A stretch of 64,000 nucleotides of DNA from a virus. Shown here piece by piece: positions 39,262 through 47,700 of the stretch. Positions within the stretch are counted from its first letter, which is position 1. Every line of letters begins with the position of its first letter. The stretch is from positions 6,708 to 70,707 of the IMG/VR virus record IMGVR_UViG_3300025646_000030. One strand, 5' to 3'. The position numbers were made by a program, and so were the translations under genes. The notes below the pieces were generated by a model that did no database searches, was not told where the DNA came from, and saw only the letters and a program-made list of their open reading frames with translations.

Positions 39262-41132
39262 CAGTACTGCTCCCAGCCGACGCGGAGGGCTTCAGCTTCG
39301 CCCTCGGAAACAGGGGAGAGCCCAGCTACATTCTGCCGTGGGTAGAAAGAAGCGACAGCCCGCTTGGCCGCCTGCGGCGTACGGAAGCCGATGGTGTACG
39401 GACCTTCGACGAGCTCGCCTTGATGATCGAACCGGGCTCGGTGAAGTTTGCGCCCGTGAGCGCGCTGGGGGCCAATGATGAACATCGGTGCATGACCCTG
39501 AGCGTCGATCCGTTGCCCATCAGGAGAAACAAGAGCGCCAATGCGGCTTCCATCTTTCTGAGCAGCAACACGGATCCGGTAACCATGCGCCTGATGGAAC
39601 TCGAGGGAGTCGAAGGCGAAGCGGGGATCTTCTTGTGGCGCTTCTTGCGCCGCCGCTGGATCAACTTCCACTTCGTCGGGTGGCGCACCCTGAGGATTCT
39701 CACCGGGCGCTCCCCCTGCCCCCATGAGCTGAGGGTTTTGTAGCGCTTGTGCTTGAGCTTCCATATTCATCATCTGCATTTGGAAGTCCGCTTCAGCCTT
39801 CACCTGCATCTGTTCGCTGAACTGTTCGTCCAACGTGGTTTCGATGCTGTACTCCGTCCCTCCGAAGCGGGCCTCGCGGATCTCGAGTGGGTTCAGCACG
39901 CCCATGTTCACGTATTGCGAGTCCACCTGAGCCATCTGCAGGCGCAGCTCAGCCTTCTCCTTGTCGGTTTCAGTGAAGACGCTCGGGAAGTGGACGCTCC
40001 ACTTCTGCGGGGGCCGTCCTCGGGTTGGTCCTTCGCGCGAGGCGAGGATGTAGGTGAAGACCTCAGTGACCGCGGTACGGCAGTAGAGCTCCTGCCACTG
40101 CTCCACCAGCGAGGCCCAGACTCGCTCCTCGAAGCGGCCTTCCTTGCCCAGGCCGCCCGGGGAGTCGCCCATCAGGATCGAAGCGGGCCAGCCGGTGGCC
40201 GCTTGGAGATCCTTCACGAAGGGATCGGTCGCCGAGGCGATGTTGCTCAGGGCTCGGTTGAGGAACTGCAGCTCCTCCTCCACGTCGACCACCATGCCGC
40301 CGTAGACGCTGCGGCTGAGGTTGTTGGCCTCCAGGCGCTTGCGTAGATCGGCCTCGTTGCCGGATGCGATCCGGTTGAACAGGCCAGGGATCTTGTGGAC
40401 GAACAGGTCCGAGTCGGTGGTCATCGACTCGAGGCCAGACAGGGCGCTCTCGTAGCGCTTATAGGCCTCCCACACGAGCTGGAGAACCGGCAGGCCCCAT
40501 CCGGTGTTCCGTGCTCGGACGTTCCAGGGGAGGTAGAGCCCGTCGAAACGTGCCACGCGGGATGCGTGGATGCGCACATTGACATAGCCGCTGGTCTGCT
40601 CGGGCGACACCCGCTGGGATGTCGTGATCCGGTAGTGCGACGGCTTGCTGTAGTCGATGATCGAGAAGTCCTCGGGGATCAGCTCGTGCCGAGACAGGGG
40701 GATGTACCCCCGCACGGAGCGGATCCGGGCGAGATCGGCAGGTTCCTCAGGTGGGAGGCCGTCATCGATGAGCAGGACCAGGCCGGCGCCGCCGTAGAGG
40801 CGCTGCAGCTTGACGACCTCGGCGAAGGCGTGGTGGAACTGCGTGGCCTTGAGGTACTCCTCGAAGATGGAGATCAGATCGTTGGCGTCGTCCTGCTCAT
40901 CGCCACCGAGCTTGATCGTGACCAGGTGGCGCAGGATCTCATCTGAGATGGTGTCGACGTAGCGCCGTGGGATGCCGTGAATGTAGAGGGCTTCGAGCTC
41001 GGCCTCGGAGAGGATGGGCTTGGCACCGACGGAAGTAGCAACCGTTTTGTCCTTGGTTGCTACTCCCATCCCGGACAGTACATTTACTAACGCACCATCG
41101 TTCCGGTAAGTATCAGCATTCGTCGTATCCAC
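39261..41132 (-). CDS. Portal protein (DUF1073) with C-terminal extension
   Basis: RLYGGA, IHASRV.RFDG, GWG, P.SILMG.SPGGL motifs. Confidence 0.9.
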   Translation of the reverse strand: MDTTNADTYRNDGALVNVLSGMGVATKDKTVATSVGAKPILSEAELEALYIHGIPRRYVDTISDEILRHLVTIKLGGDEQDDANDLISIFEEYLKATQFHHAFAEVVKLQRLYGGAGLVLLIDDGLPPEEPADLARIRSVRGYIPLSRHELIPEDFSIIDYSKPSHYRITTSQRVSPEQTSGYVNVRIHASRVARFDGLYLPWNVRARNTGWGLPVLQLVWEAYKRYESALSGLESMTTDSDLFVHKIPGLFNRIASGNEADLRKRLEANNLSRSVYGGMVVDVEEELQFLNRALSNIASATDPFVKDLQAATGWPASILMGDSPGGLGKEGRFEERVWASLVEQWQELYCRTAVTEVFTYILASREGPTRGRPPQKWSVHFPSVFTETDKEKAELRLQMAQVDSQYVNMGVLNPLEIREARFGGTEYSIETTLDEQFSEQMQVKAEADFQMQMMNMEAQAQALQNPQLMGAGGAPGENPQGAPPDEVEVDPAAAQEAPQEDPRFAFDSLEFHQAHGYRIRVAAQKDGSRIGALVSPDGQRIDAQGHAPMFIIGPQRAHGRKLHRARFDHQGELVEGPYTIGFRTPQAAKRAVASFYPRQNVAGLSPVSEGEAEALRVGWEQY

Positions 41133-41312
41133 GGCCGTCGGGCTGATTGATTTACAAAGATTATCGCTCAGCCATAAAAAGGCGGACCGGACTTAACTGT
41201 GAGCCTTAAACGATAGAGTAAGTTTATACATTAAGAGCGCAACGGTAAGGCAACCTTTTCAATCCCCCGGCGGATCGCCCTCGGTAGCCTGGAGTAGCGG
41301 CGCAATGCGCGG

Positions 41313-41633
41313 ATGCTGGACCACCACATCGATGGGTCCCATCTCTGCTCAAAACGCTTTGCCAAGCTGCGATTTCGCCAGGACATCCTGAGCTCGTGGG
41401 GTGAGTGCTGCGCCTACTGCGGCGCACCGGCCGGCACTCTTGACCACGTCCGTGCGCGTAGACGCGGTGGGCCGACGACCCGCCGCAACCTCGTTGCCGC
41501 CTGCGCTCCGTGCAACCAGGCGAAAGGCTCTGAGGATTGGCGGGCCTGGTTCAGGGCGCAGTGCTTCTGGGATGCGCAACGAGAGGACGCGATCTACGAG
41601 TGGATGGGGGCTGCGAGGATCGAACTCGCCTGA
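41313..41633 (+). CDS. HNH endonuclease
   Basis: CAYCG, TLDHV...GG, NLVAAC..CN..KG. Confidence 0.9.
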   Translation: MLDHHIDGSHLCSKRFAKLRFRQDILSSWGECCAYCGAPAGTLDHVRARRRGGPTTRRNLVAACAPCNQAKGSEDWRAWFRAQCFWDAQREDAIYEWMGAARIELA

Positions 41634-41677
41634 TGCCGATTATGAGTCGGCTGCTCTCACCAGATAGCTAAGCCCCC
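41605..41677 (-). tRNA. tRNA with CAU anticodon, probably tRNA-Ile2 (elongator Met not excluded)
   Basis: Cloverleaf GGGGGCT/AGCCCCC-A; anticodon arm GCCGA-CTCATAA-TCGGC; T-loop TTCGATC; G1-C72 paired, so not initiator. Confidence 0.9.
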
Positions 41678-41734
41678 GGCGATATACAAATAAAAGTAGG
41701 CGGTCACACTCACGGCCGACGCGCGCACCGCTGC

Positions 41735-43216
41735 CTAGATGTGAGCGAAGAATCCTGCTGTGTTTGGTGTCTCTGGAATAGCGTGACAAGCGAACGCCAA
41801 AGCCATCACTGCGTCGTCGTGCGCTCCTGATGCAGCTTCACGTTGGCCGTTTTCCTTCTGCTGGAAGGCGCGCAGCTCATTAGGAATGACGCCCTCGGGG
41901 AAGATCAGCTCATCGCGCTCCATCAGGAACAGGATCCGATCTGTCGCTACCACCTTGCTTGGTCGACTCGTATTAAAAGTTTCGATAGCATATTTGGGCA
42001 ACGCAGTGGAGAGCGCTTCTGCGATCACAGCTCCCATTGCTTGCTTCTCCACGATTACCCGCTCTGGAAGGTAATCCTCAATGAGGCTTTTCACATGGCG
42101 CAAGCTGTAATCGCTGCTCTTGCCGTTCTCGTGGTACAGGCCGACAACCTCGTAGGGCGTCTCCGTAATGTCCAGGACAATGGCTGTGAAGTAGTCGTTG
42201 CCGCCGGCGTTCGGGTCGACTCCGATCACATAGGTGCGGCCGATCGTGCCGCATTCCCGCAGGTGGCCCCGGGTGGCACGGCGCACCAGATCCGATGGGT
42301 AGATCTGGGTGTCGGTGGCACCAAAGGCAAGCTCGTACTCGGAATCCCAGGCCGCCTGTGTCATGCGGCGCGACTCGCGGGTACGCTGCGCCCACTCCGG
42401 GTCACACCCGTAGATGGGGTGCTGCGAGTAGTGGATCGCCACCCGATTCCAGGAGTCCTGCACCTGGGCGAGACGCGCGTTCAGGCCGGCAACGTCTCGC
42501 CGGCGCACGTAGTCGTACCAGTCCTCGGGGGTGCCTTGATGCCAGAGCTGGCCAAACCAGTCGAGCTCGGTGTCGGGGGTCGAGGTGACGATCACCTTGG
42601 CCTTCTCGCCCACCATCGAGAGCGTGGGCATGGCGCCGCGGTAGATCTCGGCAGCACCGTCGAGGAACGCGCCCTCGTCCATGAAGAGCACTGAGCAGCT
42701 CGGGATGCCACGAGCAGCGCGGGGTGACGCCGGGAGGAAGTACAAGGTGCCTCGCCCCTCGATGGCGATCTGCGTGTTGCTGTCCGTCAGGTAGCGGATC
42801 GACTCGCCCTCGATGCTGTTGGCCATGGCACGCACGCGGCGACCAAGCTCAGAAGCGTCCTGCTGTGTCTTGGAGAAGACCACTGCCGCGAAGCCGCGCT
42901 CGGTCAGCGCACGGCAGAGGAGGTAGGAGCACACCGTCTCCGAGGCGCCCATCTGGCGCGACTTGTTGATGATCGTGTTGGGGTGCTCGTTGATCGAGCG
43001 CACAAGATCGATCTGATACGGATACGGGTCGAACGGGGCGACGGTGCCCGCCGTGCGGATCCAGGTGCGTCTGGCGAAGTCCGGCCATTCCTCCACGCCT
43101 GGGAGCTTGGTGATGCGCTGCTCTGGGGCGTAGTTGGCCGAGCGGGCCTTGCGCTTCGCAAGCTCGAGGCGCAGTTTGTCCGCGCGGCGTTGGAGCTGGG
43201 CGAGGGAGGCGGTCAT
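41735..43216 (-). CDS. terL: Terminase large subunit
   Basis: KSRQMG Walker A, LFMDEGAF Walker B, IGVDP, HDD.VMALA. Confidence 0.92.
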   Translation of the reverse strand: MTASLAQLQRRADKLRLELAKRKARSANYAPEQRITKLPGVEEWPDFARRTWIRTAGTVAPFDPYPYQIDLVRSINEHPNTIINKSRQMGASETVCSYLLCRALTERGFAAVVFSKTQQDASELGRRVRAMANSIEGESIRYLTDSNTQIAIEGRGTLYFLPASPRAARGIPSCSVLFMDEGAFLDGAAEIYRGAMPTLSMVGEKAKVIVTSTPDTELDWFGQLWHQGTPEDWYDYVRRRDVAGLNARLAQVQDSWNRVAIHYSQHPIYGCDPEWAQRTRESRRMTQAAWDSEYELAFGATDTQIYPSDLVRRATRGHLRECGTIGRTYVIGVDPNAGGNDYFTAIVLDITETPYEVVGLYHENGKSSDYSLRHVKSLIEDYLPERVIVEKQAMGAVIAEALSTALPKYAIETFNTSRPSKVVATDRILFLMERDELIFPEGVIPNELRAFQQKENGQREAASGAHDDAVMALAFACHAIPETPNTAGFFAHI

Positions 43217-43689
43217 TCGTCCTCGGGATCAGCGCTCTTCAGCAGATCCATCTCGCTGATGGGCTCTGGCTCCTTGACCGTGTCGGCCTTCAGCTCGAGC
43301 ACGCCGTAGATCTGTGATTCGAGGTCGGACACCGTGCGTTCGAGCAGCTTGCGCTCCTGGTAGGCGGCAGCGCCATTGAGCAAGGCGCGGGAGGCGGCGA
43401 TGCGGTCCGACGCCCTCGCGGCCGGGTCGTTCATGATGTCCGTGAGCGTTTTGATCGCGTCTGGCATCAAAGCGACGTGTTTTGACTCAGAGCTGTCGAT
43501 CAGCTCCTGCTGCATGTTGTAGATCGCTCTTTGTACAGCAGGACGCTTGCGCCAGTTGTAGAGAGTCTTCTCGGAGATGCCCAGGGCGCGGGCCACCTCG
43601 CGACAGGTTTTGCCTCTCGCGAGGAGGTCGGCAGCAAGGCGCTCCTGCTCGCGAAGGCCGTCGATGATGTTCGGTAGGCGCGCGACCAT
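43213..43689 (-). CDS. terS: Terminase small subunit (HTH)
   Basis: EVARALGISEKTLYNWRK HTH, directly upstream of terL. Confidence 0.75.
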   Translation of the reverse strand: MVARLPNIIDGLREQERLAADLLARGKTCREVARALGISEKTLYNWRKRPAVQRAIYNMQQELIDSSESKHVALMPDAIKTLTDIMNDPAARASDRIAASRALLNGAAAYQERKLLERTVSDLESQIYGVLELKADTVKEPEPISEMDLLKSADPEDE

Positions 43690-43743
43690 AGCCAGATAGT
43701 TACTGGAGTGGACGGGTTTTTACCGTCTGTTTTCGTAGCCTAC

Positions 43744-43980
43744 TCATTCCTGAACCGGTGAGCGTGTAACGCGATCGAGCGCGGCGCAGAACTCATAGAG
43801 CGAGCGATGGTCGTAGCGCTGTAGGTCGCGCGCAGCGGCAAGGCGAGCAGCGTCGGTGACATCGCGAAGAACAGCGCGAAGACCGGAGGCAATCACTTCG
43901 CCGTCCTCGGGAGCTACGGCGGCTGCGCGTTTGAATGTTGCTACTAATTGGGGCAGAGAATAGTGCTCATTGAGTTGCAT
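43744..43980 (-). CDS. Hypothetical protein
   Basis: ORF in the operon. Confidence 0.55.
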   Translation of the reverse strand: MQLNEHYSLPQLVATFKRAAAVAPEDGEVIASGLRAVLRDVTDAARLAAARDLQRYDHRSLYEFCAALDRVTRSPVQE

Positions 43981-44239
43981 GGGTCTTCGCCAGTGTCGTC
44001 ACCACTGAAGCAACAATCGCTTCGAGGTGAGGGCGCGGGACTCCCGAAACCACACGCGCGGCGTTCTCCACCGCCTGGGCGTAGGTGTGAGGCGTGGGGC
44101 GTGCTGTTGGTGCCGTGCCAAGGGCACGCTCTCGGATCAGTTGGCCACGAGAAACGCGCAGTGCGGCGGCCTCGGTGTCGAGGCGGTCGCGCTCCTCTGG
44201 GGTGAGGAAGACTTTGGCTTCGAAGCGCTTTGACGGCAT
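43967..44239 (-). CDS. Ribbon-helix-helix (MobC-like) protein
   Basis: KVFLTPEERDRL...A....SRGQLIRERAL. Confidence 0.65.
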   Translation of the reverse strand: MPSKRFEAKVFLTPEERDRLDTEAAALRVSRGQLIRERALGTAPTARPTPHTYAQAVENAARVVSGVPRPHLEAIVASVVTTLAKTHATQ

Positions 44240-44340
44240 CGTTATGACGTTGTGCGAGGTGGGTTGCTTAAGCGGGGCTAAGTAGCCGAGATCGCCTGTG
44301 GTGCAAGGGATCTGAGGTATTGGCGTTGGCAATCGCCTTG

Positions 44341-44523
44341 CTAATACGACGGGAGGATCACCTGCACGGAGACGCTGTAAGAAGGCGGGCAGCCGATGCC
44401 CTGCGTGTAGATCACGTCCACGTCGGTTACCTGGAGGCCAGTCTCGGTGTTGAAGCGATCGAGAGCCTCGGTGAGGGTGCGCTCGAGGAGGGCCTTGTGG
44501 GCTTTGGCGTCGTCGATGGTCAT
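44341..44523 (-). CDS. Hypothetical protein
   Basis: Likely start MTIDDAKAHK. Confidence 0.55.
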   Translation of the reverse strand: MTIDDAKAHKALLERTLTEALDRFNTETGLQVTDVDVIYTQGIGCPPSYSVSVQVILPSY

Positions 44524-44754
44524 GGGAAGTTCAAATTTGGCGTGGATTTGACGTTGGGTAGACTCGCAACGACCCATTTCTGGGCCATCGCGTAACTGTC
44601 GCGCCCGGCGGCAGTGAGGCCACCACCTCGGGAGGAGTGGCTGCCGGGCACCTTACTAGCGCTTGCGGCCGAGCTTGTAGCCGATAGCAACGCCGAATAA
44701 GTAGCCGACCATAAGGCCGACGAGATAAATGGTCATGGCGAGTAACTGATCGGA

Positions 44755-44985
44755 CTACTCAGCGTGTCGCCAGTCAGTTTCTGGCTGATGCTCGCGCAGG
44801 AACTCCACCAGTAGGCGGTGAGCTTCTCCAGCATCTTCGATGAACTGTCCTCGATAATGAAAACCTTTGCCGTCAATACGGATGACGCAATCAAAGTCGT
44901 TACGGAAGATAATGCTGGACTGCGCCATTGCATCGCTGGCGGAAAAGACGTTCTCGTCACTGTTAGGCATAGTGAGATCAGACAT
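44755..44985 (-). CDS. Hypothetical protein
   Basis: GFHYRGQFIEDAGEAHRL. Confidence 0.6.
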   Translation of the reverse strand: MSDLTMPNSDENVFSASDAMAQSSIIFRNDFDCVIRIDGKGFHYRGQFIEDAGEAHRLLVEFLREHQPETDWRHAE

Positions 44986-45005
44986 GAGGTGTTTGGTAAG
45001 ACGTG

Positions 45006-45362
45006 TTATTGGGCTTCAAGCTCGGTGGCAATGGCGAGCAGCTCGTTCGCATCGCACTGCCATATGTCTTGGCCAGGATTCACTTTTGTGTAGGTCACGG
45101 CAGCACGCAGGGCGGCAGCGAGGCACTTCACGTCTTGTTTGAGGTGCTCGTCCTTCCAGTCGGCGCGGAACGCATTGAGCACCGCCTGAGCTGCGGGAGA
45201 GAGTTCAGCACTGGGCGTCTGCCCCTCCGGCACGGGCTCGGCCAGGGCGGCGCGGGCCTGCTCAATCAGAGGGTCACCGTCAGGCCCTCCAAGCCAGTGA
45301 GCGTGGCCCTCGTTCTCAAGGGCTGAAAGAAGTTCGATGCACAGTTGTTTATAGTTGGTCAT
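45006..45362 (-). CDS. Hypothetical protein
   Basis: LSPAAQAVL...LAAALRA...LLAIA.ELE. Confidence 0.65.
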   Translation of the reverse strand: MTNYKQLCIELLSALENEGHAHWLGGPDGDPLIEQARAALAEPVPEGQTPSAELSPAAQAVLNAFRADWKDEHLKQDVKCLAAALRAAVTYTKVNPGQDIWQCDANELLAIATELEAQ

Positions 45363-45382
45363 GGTGGTGGTAGTGGGATGGA

Positions 45383-45559
45383 CTACTTGATTTCAGTGTC
45401 AACAAGAGGCAAGGACGGACCAAGGCTTTCAAGCCAGCACAACATGCACCAATTACCCTCGTAACCTTCAATGTCACTACTGATGTGATGCTTATGCGTG
45501 CCGTGTTTAGGGCACACAATTTGTTTTTGTGAAATCTTGAGATTAAAGAAGTCTTCCAT
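45383..45559 (-). CDS. Small Zn-finger-like protein (58 aa)
   Basis: Translated by hand: CPKHG...WCMLC. Confidence 0.6.
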   Translation of the reverse strand: MEDFFNLKISQKQIVCPKHGTHKHHISSDIEGYEGNWCMLCWLESLGPSLPLVDTEIK

Positions 45560-45577
45560 GGTGTTTAGGGATGTTGA

Positions 45578-45922
45578 CTAATCGGGCAGGGATTCAAGAG
45601 CGCGGCGGATGATGTCGCAGTCTGCTGGAACAGGTCGCCAACCCTCTTGCGCGTGCTTGAGTGCTTCAAGCGCCTGCTCCTTCAATCTCTGCGGCTTGGG
45701 GCGGCGAGCGGCGCGGAGGTCGTCGGCCCATTGAAGCGACTGCCCTTTGTGGCGCAACTCGTATGCCAGCCACTTACAGCACGCTTCAAGCTCCTGATCA
45801 GCGCCGGCTCGGAAGACCTCCAAAAAGACTGCATCGACATCGGCACCCATAGCCATTACCTGTTTGCACCAAGCATCGACTTGCCATTGCGGCGGAGTGA
45901 TCAAATGGTTGCTGTCAGTCAT
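45578..45922 (-). CDS. Hypothetical protein (ADQELEACC family)
   Basis: Paralog of 45915-46139 and 46296-46487. Confidence 0.65.
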   Translation of the reverse strand: MTDSNHLITPPQWQVDAWCKQVMAMGADVDAVFLEVFRAGADQELEACCKWLAYELRHKGQSLQWADDLRAARRPKPQRLKEQALEALKHAQEGWRPVPADCDIIRRALESLPD

Positions 45923-46139
45923 CGAGTTGCTCCAAAGCGCGGCGAATAGTATTTTCGTGGACGGCATCAAGTCGGTCAGAAACATAGTCCAGTAAAGCCA
46001 GAGCTTGTTCTTTCAAGCTCTCGATGCGTCGTGTAGAACGAAGCCATCTGCCTACGCCATAAAGCTTCTGCACCTCGCGGCAGCACGCCTCCAGCTCCTG
46101 ATCAGCGATCTGTTGGGCAAGTTCGGTTGCAGTTTTCAT
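45915..46139 (-). CDS. Hypothetical protein (ADQELEACC family, C-half)
   Basis: ADQELEACC, LKEQAL, IRRALE. Confidence 0.65.
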   Translation of the reverse strand: MKTATELAQQIADQELEACCREVQKLYGVGRWLRSTRRIESLKEQALALLDYVSDRLDAVHENTIRRALEQLDD

Positions 46140-46303
46140 TGGACAATCCAGTGGTTTTCAAGGCGGTGCGCTAAGGCTTGGCAGTGTGCTTGATATGCGT
46201 TGTCGTAAGTGCCAACGTGAATTTTCTGTCTGGTAACAGGATGGACGTACTGAGCCTTCAGCTGAAGATACTCGCGCAGGTGATTTAATTCAGTGTCAGT
46301 CAT
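46136..46303 (-). CDS. Short AP2-like remnant
   Basis: KIHVGTYDNAYQAH resembles the AP2 domain end. Confidence 0.4.
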   Translation of the reverse strand: MTDTELNHLREYLQLKAQYVHPVTRQKIHVGTYDNAYQAHCQALAHRLENHWIVQ

Positions 46304-46487
46304 TTGCTTTCTCCAGAAACGCTTCAAGTTCTTTGATGGCTTGTTCGTAGCCCCATCGGGCGGCTTGGGTGGCGATGTGCAAGTCGCTGGCAGCTACCCG
46401 AACAGGCGTGCCTTCGTGCCAGATTTCAGCCATCCACTTTTCCACCAGCTCAGGCGGCGGGGCGATCGGGTGGTTGTTGTTAGTCAT
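46296..46487 (-). CDS. Hypothetical protein (HPIxPPPELV N-half)
   Basis: MTNNNHPIAPPPELVEKW...AARWG. Confidence 0.6.
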   Translation of the reverse strand: MTNNNHPIAPPPELVEKWMAEIWHEGTPVRVAASDLHIATQAARWGYEQAIKELEAFLEKAND

Positions 46488-46662
46488 CTTCAGTCGGCAA
46501 ACGGTCAAGAAGGCTCTCAATGCAATGGCCGGTGACGTTCTCGGCGCCAAGGCAATACCGTTCTGCTTCACGCAGCGCCATGCGCAACCGTTCAACAACC
46601 GGCCACGGATCTTTAAGTTCGGTTGAGAAGTCACCAAATGGTGCAGGGTGAAATTCAGTCAT
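46480..46662 (-). CDS. Hypothetical protein
   Basis: Overlapping ORF in the operon. Confidence 0.55.
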   Translation of the reverse strand: MTEFHPAPFGDFSTELKDPWPVVERLRMALREAERYCLGAENVTGHCIESLLDRLPTEDD

Positions 46663-46849
46663 AGATGGTTTGCTCGTAACCTTCAGCCATAAGCGCTGCT
46701 GCTAACGCCATAGCCAGTTGTTTGGTGTAGCGCTTGGTGCCTCCAGCCACCATGTCAGTGACGGTCCAGCGATTGTGATCGGTCCAGATAACGATCTTAT
46801 CGCCATCTTTTTCAAAGAAAACGGAACGTGGTTTGCTTGAGTCAGTCAT
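46655..46849 (-). CDS. Hypothetical protein
   Basis: Overlapping ORF in the operon. Confidence 0.55.
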   Translation of the reverse strand: MTDSSKPRSVFFEKDGDKIVIWTDHNRWTVTDMVAGGTKRYTKQLAMALAAALMAEGYEQTIYD

Positions 46850-46870
46850 GAGGGTGATCAGTGTGTAGAT

Positions 46871-47452
46871 CTAAACTCGCGCCAAGGTGACGCTCTCGGG
46901 TTGGTTTTGATACTTCCCAGCGCGGTGCTCATAGGACACGGCGCAGGCTTCGCCTTCAAAGAACAACGCCTGCACAATACCTTCGTTGGCGTAGATCCGA
47001 CAATCAGCGCTCGAGGAATTGCTGAACTCCAACGTGAGGTGACCGTTCCAGCCTGCTTCCCCTGGAGTGGTATTAGCGATCACGCCCATCCTTGCATAAG
47101 TCGACTTGCCAATGAATAAGCAAGTGATGTTCGCTGGAATCGCCAGATGCTCCAGTGCCACGCCCAGGCCGTAGCTATGTCCGGGAAGGATGAAGTACTG
47201 GCCGCGCTCGTCCTCGTGGAGCGCGACGCTCTCGAGGTTCGCCGGGTTGAAGTCCTTCGGGTCCATCACCGTGCCCGGCACATGCCGGAACACCAGGAAC
47301 TCCCGCGGTGAAAGCCGCAGATCGTAGCCGTAGGAGCTGCATCCGTAGCTCAACACCTTGCGCTCGTCCGCCTGGCGGATCAGCTCAGGCTCGAAGGGCG
47401 TGATCATGCCCGCCGCAGCGCGCACGCGGATCCAGATGTCGTTCTTCAGCAT
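46871..47452 (-). CDS. dcd: dCTP deaminase
   Basis: SYG.SSYGYDLRL, GKSTYAR.G, E.GW.G.LTLE, YANEG..Q, KYQNQ. Confidence 0.93.
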   Translation of the reverse strand: MLKNDIWIRVRAAAGMITPFEPELIRQADERKVLSYGCSSYGYDLRLSPREFLVFRHVPGTVMDPKDFNPANLESVALHEDERGQYFILPGHSYGLGVALEHLAIPANITCLFIGKSTYARMGVIANTTPGEAGWNGHLTLEFSNSSSADCRIYANEGIVQALFFEGEACAVSYEHRAGKYQNQPESVTLARV

Positions 47453-47700
47453 GAGGCGACGAGCTTGGCGAAGTAGGAACGCAGCAGTCTCCAGTTGATG
47501 GAGACTGCGCGAGTGTGGCCGTGGAAGCTGCCCGGTGGGGCAACGATCTCGCTGTGTTGAAGGGTGCTGAACCGGTGCCCGCAGCTCGGGCAGATCCGCT
47601 TGCGCAGGAAGTGACCTTCGCTGCTGCGAAGCGTGCGCTCCACGTCAGTCGTCAGCGAGCCGCACTCAGGGCAAGGCGGGCCGATCCGGTTCAGCGCCAT
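47446..47700 (-). CDS. NrdR-like zinc-ribbon protein without ATP-cone
   Basis: CPECG...T.V..T...RKRICPSCGHRFST. Confidence 0.7.
   Translation of the reverse strand: MALNRIGPPCPECGSLTTDVERTLRSSEGHFLRKRICPSCGHRFSTLQHSEIVAPPGSFHGHTRAVSINWRLLRSYFAKLVASC

Noticed and set aside
39261-41132. Anti-CBASS Acb1 label sometimes given to DUF1073 proteins
   Set aside because: No 2H phosphodiesterase (paired HxT) domain seen; sequence and position indicate portal
41601-41677. tRNA as prophage att site
   Set aside because: No integrase, no duplicated tRNA 3' end and no host genes in the window
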